Counted from the stretch's first letter, positions 35,420-45,328 are shown. The stretch: DNA of 64,000 bases from Escherichia coli (GCF_016903815.1 NZ_CP069973.1); one strand, 5' to 3'. The notes: generated from the letters alone by a model not told the origin. Translations and numbers: made by a program.

Positions 35420-36781
35420 ATGTTTAAACCGGAACTCCTTTCCCCGGCGGGAACGCTGAAAAATATGCGTTACGCTTTCGCTTATGGCGCAGATGCTGTT
35501 TATGCGGGCCAGCCGCGTTACTCCCTGCGTGTGCGCAACAACGAATTTAACCACGAAAATCTTCAGCTCGGCATCAATGAAGCCCACGCGCTGGGGAAAA
35601 AGTTTTATGTCGTGGTCAACATTGCACCGCACAACGCCAAGCTGAAAACCTTTATCCGTGACCTGAAACCGGTGGTGGAAATGGGGCCGGATGCGCTGAT
35701 TATGTCTGATCCAGGGCTGATTATGCTGGTGCGCGAGCACTTCCCTGAAATGCCGATCCATCTCTCAGTACAGGCTAACGCCGTGAACTGGGCGACGGTG
35801 AAATTCTGGCAGCAAATGGGTCTGACCCGCGTGATCCTCTCTCGCGAACTGTCACTGGAAGAGATTGAAGAGATCCGCAATCAGGTGCCAGATATGGAGA
35901 TCGAAATCTTCGTTCACGGCGCGCTGTGCATGGCCTACTCCGGTCGCTGCCTGCTCTCTGGCTATATCAACAAGCGCGACCCGAACCAGGGCACCTGCAC
36001 CAACGCCTGCCGCTGGGAGTATAACGTCCAGGAAGGGAAAGAAGATGACGTCGGCAACATCGTACACAAGTACGAACCGATTCCGGTGCAAAACGTTGAA
36101 CCGACGCTGGGGATCGGCGCACCAACCGACAAAGTGTTTATGATCGAAGAAGCCCAGCGTCCGGGCGAGTATATGACCGCGTTTGAAGATGAGCACGGCA
36201 CTTACATCATGAACTCGAAAGATCTGCGCGCCATCGCCCATGTTGAACGCCTGACCAAAATGGGCGTGCATTCGCTGAAAATCGAAGGCCGTACCAAATC
36301 TTTCTACTATTGCGCACGCACCGCGCAGGTTTACCGTAAAGCTATCGATGACGCAGCTGCGGGAAAACCATTCGATACCAGCCTGCTGGAAACCCTGGAA
36401 GGTCTGGCGCATCGTGGCTATACCGAAGGTTTCCTGCGTCGTCATACTCACGACGATTATCAGAACTACGAATACGGTTATTCAGTTTCTGACCGCCAGC
36501 AGTTTGTTGGTGAGTTTACCAGTGAGCGCAAGGGCGACCTCGCGGCGGTAGCGGTGAAAAATAAATTCTCCGTTGGCGACAGCCTTGAGCTGATGACGCC
36601 GCAAGGGAACATTAACTTTACCCTTGAGCACATGGAAAACGCCAAAGGCGAAGCAATGCCGGTCGCACCGGGCGATGGTTATACTGTGTGGATCCCGGTG
36701 CCGCAGGATCTTGAGCTAAATTACGCGCTGCTGATGCGTAATTTCTCCGGGGAAACCACGCGTAACCCCCACGGTAAGTGA
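35420..36781 (+). CDS. yegQ: Peptidase U32 family protein YegQ (TrhP-type tRNA hydroxylation factor)
   Basis: 453-aa ORF; size and synteny before cyaR. Confidence 0.85.
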   Translation: MFKPELLSPAGTLKNMRYAFAYGADAVYAGQPRYSLRVRNNEFNHENLQLGINEAHALGKKFYVVVNIAPHNAKLKTFIRDLKPVVEMGPDALIMSDPGLIMLVREHFPEMPIHLSVQANAVNWATVKFWQQMGLTRVILSRELSLEEIEEIRNQVPDMEIEIFVHGALCMAYSGRCLLSGYINKRDPNQGTCTNACRWEYNVQEGKEDDVGNIVHKYEPIPVQNVEPTLGIGAPTDKVFMIEEAQRPGEYMTAFEDEHGTYIMNSKDLRAIAHVERLTKMGVHSLKIEGRTKSFYYCARTAQVYRKAIDDAAAGKPFDTSLLETLEGLAHRGYTEGFLRRHTHDDYQNYEYGYSVSDRQQFVGEFTSERKGDLAAVAVKNKFSVGDSLELMTPQGNINFTLEHMENAKGEAMPVAPGDGYTVWIPVPQDLELNYALLMRNFSGETTRNPHGK

Positions 36782-36815
36782 TTAATTTCGATTATTTTTC
36801 CCGGATGGAAAATTC

Positions 36816-36831
36816 TTAGAAACCGATCACA
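36816..36831 (+). promoter_or_regulatory. CRP binding site of the cyaR promoter
   Basis: ttagaaaccgatcaca matches the TGTGA-N6-TCACA consensus on the complementary strand; a -10-like ttatcat follows about 20 bp downstream. Confidence 0.6.
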
Positions 36832-36865
36832 TACAGCTGCATTTATTAAGGTTATCATCTGTTTC

Positions 36866-36952
36866 GCTGAAAAACATAACCCATAAAATGCTAGCTGTAC
36901 CAGGAACCACCTCCTTAGCCTGTGTAATCTCCCTTACACGGGCTTATTTTTT
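36866..36952 (+). ncRNA. cyaR: CyaR (RyeE) Hfq-dependent sRNA
   Basis: gctgaaaaacataacccataaaatgctagctgtaccaggaaccacctccttagcctgtgtaatctcccttacacgggcttatttttt matches the remembered CyaR sequence, including terminator hairpin and U-tract. Confidence 0.85.
36926..36952. other. P2 attachment core (27 nt), host/prophage junction overlapping the cyaR terminator
   Basis: aatctcccttacacgggcttatttttt is the reverse complement of the P2 att core AAAAAATAAGCCCGTGTAAGGGAGATT as recalled; ogr begins about 100 bp further on. Confidence 0.7.
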
Positions 36953-37053
36953 ACGCGTAACACAATGAAATAAAAGGATTTATTTCTGGTCACGTCCACA
37001 CATTGACCACATCGACAAAAAAGCCCCTCGACTGAGGGGCTTCCTGTTTGTAA

Positions 37054-37272
37054 TTACATCCACATAATTTGCTGCCCTGACGGCAACGGGTGCGGTCTTA
37101 CGGCGTGGACTTCTCCCGGCTTCACGATGTATCGCTGTACCGACTCATAAGTGATGAATGTGGCGCTGCAATTCACGTTCTGACACTGGTGATAACGCTC
37201 TTTTGTCGTGTCAGTGATATAGCGGCTTGTACGCGCATGTGCGGCATGCTGGCATAAAGGACAATGAAACAT
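37054..37272 (-). CDS. ogr: Late gene transcription activator Ogr (zinc finger)
   Basis: Internal start MFHCPLCQHAAHARTSRYITDTTKERYHQCQNVNCSATF gives 72 aa with a Cys4 motif. Confidence 0.9.
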   Translation of the reverse strand: MFHCPLCQHAAHARTSRYITDTTKERYHQCQNVNCSATFITYESVQRYIVKPGEVHAVRPHPLPSGQQIMWM

Positions 37273-37353
37273 CGCGAGCACCTCTTCCGGTTTTGTTGAT
37301 GGTGCCATTTTAGTTAATTTATCCTTATAAAACAAACAGATAAATAAATTACA

Positions 37354-38517
37354 TCACTCATCATCTTCTGTTTCGTACTCCACATCAGAAAGCCTGACCT
37401 CAAGCTCTAAGGACGTCGTGAAGCCGCTATTATTCAGAAAATGTGTCACCTTAGTGATTGTCCAGTCCTGCTCGTCTATGACGCGCTTAAAGCCTGATAC
37501 TTTAACCGGTGTTTCCGTGTAAATATCAGCACGACCGGTAGCCAGGCTGATGGAGAACTCCGCAACGCCCCGTTGCAGTTTATCCCACTTCGCCTGAGCG
37601 GCACGCATGGCCTGTGCTTTCGTGGCATATACCGTGGTCAGGGCAAAAACGTTGTCAGCCTCACCGGCCATGTATTCACCTTCGCGCGCTTCCGGTACTT
37701 TTGGCGCTTTCTTCTGCCTGACCGGTTTTGCTTTCGGGTGCTCCAGTGCGCGCAGGTGTTTTTCTTTCTTTTTGCGTTTCAGTTTTACCTTCTGCTTTTG
37801 CGGCTTCGGGTCTTTGGTGTGTAACCACTTTGCCGTTACGCCGGTATAGGCTCCACGGTCAGCAATCGCAAAATGATGGCGGTCGCCGTCGCTGCGGGTG
37901 ATGGTAATCTGCGGGATTTTTTTACCGCTGGCCGTCACCCCCTGCCCCGCTTTGAGAAACAGCAGTTTTCCCATTTTTACCGACACCTCACCGCCGTTGC
38001 GTTCTGCAAGACGGGTCAGGAATTTCGCATCAGACTCCTGCGACTGGTCGATGTGCGGGATTTTAATTCCGGCCAGTGACGGAGCGACACTGGCTTCCAG
38101 CCTGTTACGGGAGGCTATCGCCTCAACAATCGCACCGAGCGTGGTGTCATGCCAGGAGCCTTCCCGGCGGGAATTGAGCGTCCCGCGGAAATCTGCACTC
38201 CGGGCGCGGATGGTGACCACATCCGGCGCGCCCCGGTGTTCAACCTCATCAACGGTGAATTTCCCTTTGCATACCAGGGCAAAACCTTTCCAGCCGATAT
38301 ACACCGTCAGGACAGCGCCACGAACCGGCAGCCCGACCTGCCCGTCGGCATCGTTCAGTTCAATATCAAGCTGGTCAGCTTCAAAGCCCCGGTTATCCGT
38401 CAGAGTCATGCTCATCAGACGGTCGCTGATATTGCCGGTAATATCCCTGCTGTCGAGCATCAGCATGTAATCCGGCGTCAGCGTACTGCCTGCATCAAAT
38501 GTCAGCGCATCCAGCAT
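37354..38517 (-). CDS. D: Tail protein D
   Basis: 387 aa, same length and position as P2 gpD. Confidence 0.85.
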   Translation of the reverse strand: MLDALTFDAGSTLTPDYMLMLDSRDITGNISDRLMSMTLTDNRGFEADQLDIELNDADGQVGLPVRGAVLTVYIGWKGFALVCKGKFTVDEVEHRGAPDVVTIRARSADFRGTLNSRREGSWHDTTLGAIVEAIASRNRLEASVAPSLAGIKIPHIDQSQESDAKFLTRLAERNGGEVSVKMGKLLFLKAGQGVTASGKKIPQITITRSDGDRHHFAIADRGAYTGVTAKWLHTKDPKPQKQKVKLKRKKKEKHLRALEHPKAKPVRQKKAPKVPEAREGEYMAGEADNVFALTTVYATKAQAMRAAQAKWDKLQRGVAEFSISLATGRADIYTETPVKVSGFKRVIDEQDWTITKVTHFLNNSGFTTSLELEVRLSDVEYETEDDE

Positions 38518-38996
38518 TATCCCGCCCCCATCATACCTGTGAATCTGGTCGCCAGACTGCCGGCCTTACCGATGAGCGACTCCGCCTGTTTACCGATATC
38601 GCCATAAAGCGCGGCCAGTGATTCATCAACGCGGGTGAGCGACAGCGTAAAATCAATTTTCCGGGGTGTGCCGTCTGCAAAGAAAATACTCCCTGTTTCA
38701 CTCACCTTGCTGATGACATACATACCGTAAATCATGCCGGTGCCATCCAGCAACGGCCACGCCCGGCCTTCCTCTGCCATCAGTCTGAGCGTGGTCATCG
38801 TCAGCTTGCCGCCGGTCAGTTCGGGATAAAGCACACCGGCAAGCGTGATGTTTTCCTCGCCCACACCGAGAAACTGAAAGGCATCCCGTTTACCGATACG
38901 GGAATTTGACGGCCAGCGATAATCTGATTCACGCTGCATGGTCTGGTGTGGCAGCGTCTGGCGCATAAAAACAAACATACCTAACGCGAGCATCAT
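38517..38996 (-). CDS. U: Tail protein U
   Basis: 159 aa, same length and position as P2 gpU. Confidence 0.85.
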   Translation of the reverse strand: MMLALGMFVFMRQTLPHQTMQRESDYRWPSNSRIGKRDAFQFLGVGEENITLAGVLYPELTGGKLTMTTLRLMAEEGRAWPLLDGTGMIYGMYVISKVSETGSIFFADGTPRKIDFTLSLTRVDESLAALYGDIGKQAESLIGKAGSLATRFTGMMGAG

Positions 38997-39010
38997 TTTT
39001 CGTCACCTCC

Positions 39011-41458
39011 TTAACCGTCATGCATCATGCTGGCACGGGCGCGCGCACGTTTATCCCGCTCGTATTTTTCGAGCGCATCCTGTAACTGGCGGTCGAGCTG
39101 AGTCCCCGGCGCAGTACCGCCCGTCAGACTGATGTGATATTCGTTTTTACTCTGGTCCACATAAGAGCGGCCAGCCGGTGCCGTAACCGGCTGATAAGCC
39201 TGATAGCCTGCATAAGAGCTGGTCGCCGGAATATAACCACCGGTGCCATACGTGGCGGCATGAGTTCTGGCGGCGGTCTGGTCAAGCGTGCCTGACTCTT
39301 TGTTGATAACACCGAGTTTTTCCAGTACCCAGTCAATACCGCTGCGCAGTTTGTTGAACGCATTAAGCGGCAGCATCAACGCGTCAGCCAGTGCCTGCCC
39401 GAACATGACGCCCGTATCACGGCAACGGTTCAGGGTGTCCCGGGTGGCTTTGACCGGGGCAATCAGGTTTTTAAACCACTGCCACGCGGCCTGTAACTTT
39501 TCGCCCAGCCAGTCAAACACCGGCTTAAGTGGCGTGAACAGTTCCCCCACCGGCGCAAATGCCGCTTTCAGCCCTTCAACCACACCGCCAAAGAATGCGC
39601 TGACAGGCTCCCAGTATTTACGGATAAGTAACGCCCCGGCGACAATGGCGGCCACCACGGCCACAACCGGCCAGCTAATCGCCCCGATGGCCGTCATAAC
39701 AGCACTGCCAACCGTCGTGAAGATTGCTCCCATTGCGCCTGCTGCCGCGATGATGGCATTGATGCCGGTGATAACCGGCCAGGCTACGAGGCCAATGGCA
39801 CCGATGACACCAATCAGTGCCAGTGCACCACCGACAATGATGCCGATGGTTAACGCCAGTGATTTGTTTTTCTGTATCCAGCCGTCGAGTTTTAACACAT
39901 ACTTTGTGGCCGTCTGCGTGAGCTTACGCAGTGCGCCTTCCTGCTGGTCAAACAGGTCAGTCCCCACCGCCTCATAAGCGGACTGAAACTCCTTAAAGTC
40001 ACCGCCGAGGTTGTCCTGCATGATATTTACCAGCTCGGCGGTCTTCCCGTCTGAGGCTTTAAACGCAGCGGTCAGTTTGTCCAGCTTTCCAGTTGAGGCG
40101 GCAGTCATCAGCACGGCGGCGGCTGAGCTGGCCTCCTCCCCGAAAATAGTTTTCATGTATTCAGCCTGCTGGGCAGTACCGAGCCGGTTTTTCTCAAAAC
40201 TGGCCTGCATTTCTTTCAGAATGGTAAATACTGGTCGAGTATTCCCTTTACTGTCTGAGGTTTTCACGCCAAGCTCTTTCAGTGCATCCCATGCTTTTCC
40301 CGTCGGTGCCTGCAGGCGGCTTAACACGGCACGGCTTCCCGTCCCCGCCATTGAACCGGTAATTTTTGCATCATGCAGCGCCCCGACCATTGCGGCGGTT
40401 TCTTCAATGCTGACACCAGCATTTTTTGCCACAGGTGCGGCATAGGTCAGCGCATCGCTCATGCCATCAAAATCGGCGGCGGTTTTGTTCATCGTCATGG
40501 AGAGAACATCCCCGATATGAGCGACCTTATCGTTTGAAAGCTGAAAGGCGGATTTCATCCCCATCAGCAGGGCGGCGTTTTCTTCCATCGTGCGACGGTT
40601 CGCCAGCGCCATATTCAGCGTGACCGGCGTTGCCGCCTGAATGGCATCAACATCCCCACCGGCTTTCGCAATAATAATCTGCGCACCGGCTGCATCATCT
40701 GCCGAGGCTGCGGTATTGTTGCCGAGCTGGCGCGCCTGCTTGCGTAGTGCAGCCATTTCGGCGGAGTCTTTTGCCACACCGAGCACAGCCTGCAATTCTG
40801 AGTTTTTCTGCGCAAACTCATAACCGGGCATCAGCAACTTAACTCCGGCCATCGTTCCCGCAGCAGCAATCCCCACACCGGCAGCGCCCACCGAGGCCAT
40901 ATTTCCGGCCAGTTCCTTTCCGGCCTGATAACGCTGTTTTACTGCGTTAAGTTTTGCCTGTTGTGCACTGACACGCGCCAGCGCGTCACGCTGACGGTTA
41001 AGCTGTGCGGTGGTTTCACTGATACGGTTTTTCAGTCCCTGCTCATCATGTGCAAGATTGCGGGTATTAATTCCCACAGCGGCCAGTTCCCGCTGCTGGC
41101 GTTTAATGGAATCTGTCAGGCGGTTATATTTCGCCTGTAAGTCCTCCGCCGCACGCTTTGCGGATTCCAGCACTTTCGCCTGAGCACGGGTCGGACGTTC
41201 GGTATTTTTAAACTGTGTGGCAAGGGCTTCGGCCTCCTGCCGAGCCTTTTCAAGTGCATGACCAGTCACGGCGAGCTGTGCACTGGTCTTGCGGAATCCC
41301 TCAATACGGGATGCCTGACCGTTCAGCTCGCGCAGTGATTTTTGTGTTTCCCGGATATCCCCCGACAGCGATTTGCTCGCTGTGCGGATGGATTTAAACG
41401 GGCGGGATGCCTGGTCAACAGCCCTGAGCAATACCTGTAATTTTACATTGTTACTCAT
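39011..41458 (-). CDS. T: Tail tape measure protein T
   Basis: 815 aa, Ala/Gln-rich coiled-coil with Gly/Ala-rich TM-like segment; same length as P2 gpT. Confidence 0.9.
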   Translation of the reverse strand: MSNNVKLQVLLRAVDQASRPFKSIRTASKSLSGDIRETQKSLRELNGQASRIEGFRKTSAQLAVTGHALEKARQEAEALATQFKNTERPTRAQAKVLESAKRAAEDLQAKYNRLTDSIKRQQRELAAVGINTRNLAHDEQGLKNRISETTAQLNRQRDALARVSAQQAKLNAVKQRYQAGKELAGNMASVGAAGVGIAAAGTMAGVKLLMPGYEFAQKNSELQAVLGVAKDSAEMAALRKQARQLGNNTAASADDAAGAQIIIAKAGGDVDAIQAATPVTLNMALANRRTMEENAALLMGMKSAFQLSNDKVAHIGDVLSMTMNKTAADFDGMSDALTYAAPVAKNAGVSIEETAAMVGALHDAKITGSMAGTGSRAVLSRLQAPTGKAWDALKELGVKTSDSKGNTRPVFTILKEMQASFEKNRLGTAQQAEYMKTIFGEEASSAAAVLMTAASTGKLDKLTAAFKASDGKTAELVNIMQDNLGGDFKEFQSAYEAVGTDLFDQQEGALRKLTQTATKYVLKLDGWIQKNKSLALTIGIIVGGALALIGVIGAIGLVAWPVITGINAIIAAAGAMGAIFTTVGSAVMTAIGAISWPVVAVVAAIVAGALLIRKYWEPVSAFFGGVVEGLKAAFAPVGELFTPLKPVFDWLGEKLQAAWQWFKNLIAPVKATRDTLNRCRDTGVMFGQALADALMLPLNAFNKLRSGIDWVLEKLGVINKESGTLDQTAARTHAATYGTGGYIPATSSYAGYQAYQPVTAPAGRSYVDQSKNEYHISLTGGTAPGTQLDRQLQDALEKYERDKRARARASMMHDG

Positions 41459-41602
41459 TCGTGTTTCCGCTTCGCCGGAGCGCCTTTTCGCGCCATGTGA
41501 TGAGTTCGGTCAGGCTCATGGGATACAGTTCTGATGGCGGCCAGTGAAATATCACTGCCACATCCGCCATCAGGTCATCGACCGACAGATTTTTTGGAAA
41601 CG

Positions 41603-41878
41603 TCACTGCACCGAGTTCGGCGACAAAAAACCGACCACCTTACCGGCCAGCGCCACAAGGTCAGGCAGTTCCAGCGCGGCGACTTCCTGCTCGGTCAGCA
41701 TCGGTGCCGTCATGCGCGGCAGCACCTTAATCAGTGCATCGACTTCAGAGTTCGCGACCGCTGCCAGACTGACACCGCGCAGCGTCCCGGCATTGGGTTT
41801 CATCAGCGTGACCTGTTCGATAACCTGCTCACCACGCTTGACCGGATTGTCCAGGGTAATCACATTTTCTTTGTTCAT
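41603..41878 (-). CDS. E: Tail assembly chaperone E (E+E' made by -1 frameshift)
   Basis: 91 aa, same as P2 gpE; slippery TTTTTTG near the 3' end. Confidence 0.85.
   Translation of the reverse strand: MNKENVITLDNPVKRGEQVIEQVTLMKPNAGTLRGVSLAAVANSEVDALIKVLPRMTAPMLTEQEVAALELPDLVALAGKVVGFLSPNSVQ
41624..41630 (-). other. Programmed -1 ribosomal frameshift slippery heptamer (TTTTTTG) for E/E'
   Basis: caaaaaa on the plus strand is ttttttg on the coding strand near the end of E; the E' extension would run to about 41460. Confidence 0.65.
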
Positions 41879-41934
41879 GGTTTTCTCACTTCTGAATCGG
41901 GGTTAACCGGTCAGCCAGGCTGACCGGATGAAAA

Positions 41935-42453
41935 TCACAGGCCGATATTGCGGCGGTGTTGCTCCAGCCGGTCGACGCCGTTCACCTTCTCAATCATGTT
42001 GATGGTGTCGATTTCGACCAGCTCCTTACCGTCCATCGTCAGCCGGAAATAGGTGCAGACCACGGAGATTTTCGACTCGGTATCTTCTCCCTGTTTGCCC
42101 TCGCCGGTGTCGATTTCTTTCTGACGTCCACGCATGACCACCTCGACGGCCACCGTTTCGCCGGTATCGTCGCGCTGGTAAGAGCCTGCAAAACGAATCG
42201 GTACGGAATCCACACCGGTTGCGGCGTAAAGCTCCCAGATAACCGAATCCGGGAAGCCACCGAGCGACCACTCCATTGACAGCGCATCGTCATCAAGGCC
42301 GAGGTCTACCGGTGCGCTGCCGTTCATCCCCGCACCGCGATAGTTTTCGAGCTTACGGGTCAGTTTTGGTAGCGTGACGGACTTCGCGACGCCCTGATAG
42401 CTGTAGCCGTTCAGAAAGACGTTCATTAACTTGAGTTTGCGCGGCATTGCCAT
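41935..42453 (-). CDS. FII: Tail tube protein FII
   Basis: 172 aa, same length and position as P2 gpFII. Confidence 0.9.
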   Translation of the reverse strand: MAMPRKLKLMNVFLNGYSYQGVAKSVTLPKLTRKLENYRGAGMNGSAPVDLGLDDDALSMEWSLGGFPDSVIWELYAATGVDSVPIRFAGSYQRDDTGETVAVEVVMRGRQKEIDTGEGKQGEDTESKISVVCTYFRLTMDGKELVEIDTINMIEKVNGVDRLEQHRRNIGL

Positions 42454-42465
42454 CGGTCAGGCTCC

Positions 42466-43656
42466 TTAATTGCTGTTAACCGAGGTGACCAGATTTGCCA
42501 GGTATTTATCGGTAATACGCTGGCGCAGGGTCAGGTTTTCAAGAGGAGGCACCGGTGTATAGTCGTAGTCGATATACAGTTTTCCGGCCTTGAGGGTTTC
42601 CGCATCGTTGGATTCTTCGCTGAACCAGCAGGTCGCATCCACGATATAGCCGTTTGTTTTCAGCTCACGGAATTTGGCATTGATGCCGTCAACGATGTCG
42701 CGAATCAGCGTTGCGGTGATGGGCTTGTCCACCGCCCACATGTGCGCCTCAGCCATCGTGTCGGCCATCACCTGCGCGGTGCGGGTGTAGTTTTCAAAGA
42801 GGAACAGCGGGTCATCAGAGCAGGTACGGTTACCCCAGAATCGGAAACCGTCGCGGCGAATCAGCGTAGTGACGCCTGACTCGTTAAGCAGGTCAGCATC
42901 GGTGCCGGACTCCTGCAAATCCCAGAATACAGATGCGCTGATGCCGGTAACACCGTTTACCCCGACGTTGGACAGCGTTTTATGCCAGCCCTGCTCCTGG
43001 TCGATTTTAGCGCGCAGACCCAGCGCACGGGCGGTGGCATACGCGGTGGCGGTGGTACTGGTGACCGTATCCCATGCGAGGAAATCCGGCCAGATGACCA
43101 TCAGCTCACGCTGGCTGAAATTCTGGCGGTAGGCTTTCACCTCGGAAATGGTCTTACAGCTCCATGCGCTGATATATCCGAAAGCGCGCAGCTTCTGACA
43201 GACGGATGCCAGTGCAACTGCCACCTCTTTGGTATCCAGTCCCGGCACACCGAGAATACGCGGTTTAACACCGGTTACCGACTCCGCCGCCAGCAGGGCT
43301 TTTAGTCCGGTGTACTGACCGTTTTCGTCGGTGGTGCCGATGATATTGGAAACGGTCTGCGCGAGTTTCGTTTCCTCGTCGTCGCCGGTGCCGTCTTCCA
43401 CACGCACGACTACGGTGACCGGTTTTGACTGGTCAGCGATGGCCTGCAACGACGCCGCCAGCGTGCCTTTTTTACCGGCCTTTGCAATTGCGCTCTGCAC
43501 ATTGGTAATCAGCACCGGTTTATTGAGGGGGAAGATTTCCGCATCCGCATCGCTGGCCGTGCAGACCATGCCGACAATGGCGGTGGATACGGTGGAAATG
43601 ACGCGGGTGCCGTCGTTAATCTCCAGCACCTGCACGCCATGATGATAGTCGCTCAT
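42466..43656 (-). CDS. FI: Contractile tail sheath protein FI
   Basis: 396 aa, same length and position as P2 gpFI. Confidence 0.9.
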   Translation of the reverse strand: MSDYHHGVQVLEINDGTRVISTVSTAIVGMVCTASDADAEIFPLNKPVLITNVQSAIAKAGKKGTLAASLQAIADQSKPVTVVVRVEDGTGDDEETKLAQTVSNIIGTTDENGQYTGLKALLAAESVTGVKPRILGVPGLDTKEVAVALASVCQKLRAFGYISAWSCKTISEVKAYRQNFSQRELMVIWPDFLAWDTVTSTTATAYATARALGLRAKIDQEQGWHKTLSNVGVNGVTGISASVFWDLQESGTDADLLNESGVTTLIRRDGFRFWGNRTCSDDPLFLFENYTRTAQVMADTMAEAHMWAVDKPITATLIRDIVDGINAKFRELKTNGYIVDATCWFSEESNDAETLKAGKLYIDYDYTPVPPLENLTLRQRITDKYLANLVTSVNSN

Positions 43657-43749
43657 CCGTTTAACTCCGTGGTTAATGGGTGCAACTATTTTCTGTTGGG
43701 CAGTGCATGAGACGCCATTTGACCTGGCTGGTCAGTGGATGAAACAACA

Positions 43750-43778
43750 GATAAAGAAAATGCGGGCAATTCGCCCGC
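43750..43778 (-). terminator. Rho-independent terminator downstream of the 197-aa cargo gene
   Basis: Minus-strand hairpin gcgggcgaattgcccgc followed by ttttctttatc. Confidence 0.5.
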
Positions 43779-43985
43779 CTGTCCTGATTTGCACACACTC
43801 ATTTTCCGACTGACAGTTTACATAGCCCAAAAGTTATCAAATCTGACAGTCTGCTTTGAGCAAGAAGCGGACATTTGCCTGTCAGGGTATATGCCGCTCT
43901 GTGGTTATTATCCAGAATCAATAATTCATCTGAGTTGGATGACATATAAAACATAGTTACTCCATGAATAACCATTAGCAGATTA

Positions 43986-44579
43986 TCAATTATGTAAATC
44001 TTTTGTTTTATGTTCTTTAGCGTATTGTGACAACAAATGGCTATAGCGTTTAAGCAAAATATTAGAAAGATTAAGCTCATTCATGAAGTGTTCTTCTAAT
44101 AAGTAACCATCAATATCAACTTTAATATCATTACCACTTTTCATCTTCTGTAACGTAGATTTCACACGCTCCAGCAGGATGCTTTGCTCATGGTAATAGT
44201 CCATAAGAAGAGTAACATCCTCTTTATCAAGCTTACTTAATTCGCTGAAGTAGGATTTAAACACTTTATCAGTCTGGTTTAATGCAATCTGTAAGCGAGG
44301 CCCCCCTAATGATTTGACATTAATGGCAAAAGGCTCGCCAACAAAATGCTCCGAATTTTCGTCAAAGCCAATATATCTCGTTTTATCAAGAAAAGTGAGA
44401 GCGCGATGGTTATTAGCGATTTCATATGCAAACATTGTTCTGATACTGTCCCTCTCAGCCTCCATGCTTATATCATCACGGTGATTTGTATAAAATATAT
44501 TTCCAACAAAGAGAACCATAGCAAGAATCACTGAACTTGCCTCCCAGTTAATATTTTTAAATCGTCGCTTAGTAAACAT
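43986..44579 (-). CDS. Hypothetical membrane-anchored protein (cargo gene at the P2 Z/fun position)
   Basis: 197-aa ORF in an AT-rich block between G and FI; N-terminal basic stretch plus one TM helix (SSVILAMVLFVGNIFY); no recognised catalytic motif. Confidence 0.6.
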   Translation of the reverse strand: MFTKRRFKNINWEASSVILAMVLFVGNIFYTNHRDDISMEAERDSIRTMFAYEIANNHRALTFLDKTRYIGFDENSEHFVGEPFAINVKSLGGPRLQIALNQTDKVFKSYFSELSKLDKEDVTLLMDYYHEQSILLERVKSTLQKMKSGNDIKVDIDGYLLEEHFMNELNLSNILLKRYSHLLSQYAKEHKTKDLHN

Positions 44580-44800
44580 ACCGCACCTTAATTATCAAAA
44601 ATATTCCTTCAGTGTTATCTGGTTAGCCTAAACCAAGTCATTAAAGTCCGCAGGATATCATATACATAAAATGTATTGATTAGAATTTGCACTAATAAAA
44701 TAATGCTTTACTGAAATCTACTCCAGACATAGAGCGGCCTGTCAGATTAGGCTTTACTCTGTGCCATAGATATGTAATCTCACACCAGAGCTTATACAAC

Positions 44801-45328
44801 TTATTGCGGCATTTCCGGCCATTCAGGATTTACAGGATCCACACGGCTGACCAGAACGCTGTAGCGTTCCCATGACTCCAGTCGTGCACGTTCCTCATCC
44901 GTCGCCATATTCAGCCTGACAGCGCGTTCCAGTGGCTGAATAACGCTTTCCGCTTCGGAAAGTAATGCGGCCTTTTGTGATTCTGCCTGTTGTTGCTGTT
45001 CATCTGCCGTATAAATCCGTTTAACCACAGCACCATCCTTAAACATCCATTTACCTGAGTCGTCAGCACGTCGGTTGGAGGTAATATCAGGAACCTCAAC
45101 AACGCTAAAACCTTCAGGGTTAAGCGTTGAAGCATCTCTGGTGATAGCGACAATAATATTATTTTCATCGTAAACAATCTTTATTGTGTCTGGCTGAAAG
45201 TTCTTCACTTCCTCATACCAGTTTTTTCCATCCTCAGAGTAAAGCCAGATAACTCCGTGTTTCTTTGTTAACTCATACTGTTCCAGTGTTTTAGCGTTAC
45301 CCGCTTTTATGTTCTTTAAGTGCATCAT
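44801..45328 (-). CDS. G: Tail fiber assembly protein G
   Basis: 175 aa, same length and position as P2 gpG. Confidence 0.85.
   Translation of the reverse strand: MMHLKNIKAGNAKTLEQYELTKKHGVIWLYSEDGKNWYEEVKNFQPDTIKIVYDENNIIVAITRDASTLNPEGFSVVEVPDITSNRRADDSGKWMFKDGAVVKRIYTADEQQQQAESQKAALLSEAESVIQPLERAVRLNMATDEERARLESWERYSVLVSRVDPVNPEWPEMPQ

Noticed and set aside
35852-36451. 199-aa minus-strand ORF inside yegQ
   Set aside because: Antisense shadow ORF of yegQ.
39288-40445. Plus-strand ORFs (229 aa, 144 aa) inside tape measure gene T
   Set aside because: Ala/Ser/Thr/Pro-rich translations typical of the reverse strand of a GC-rich coiled-coil gene.
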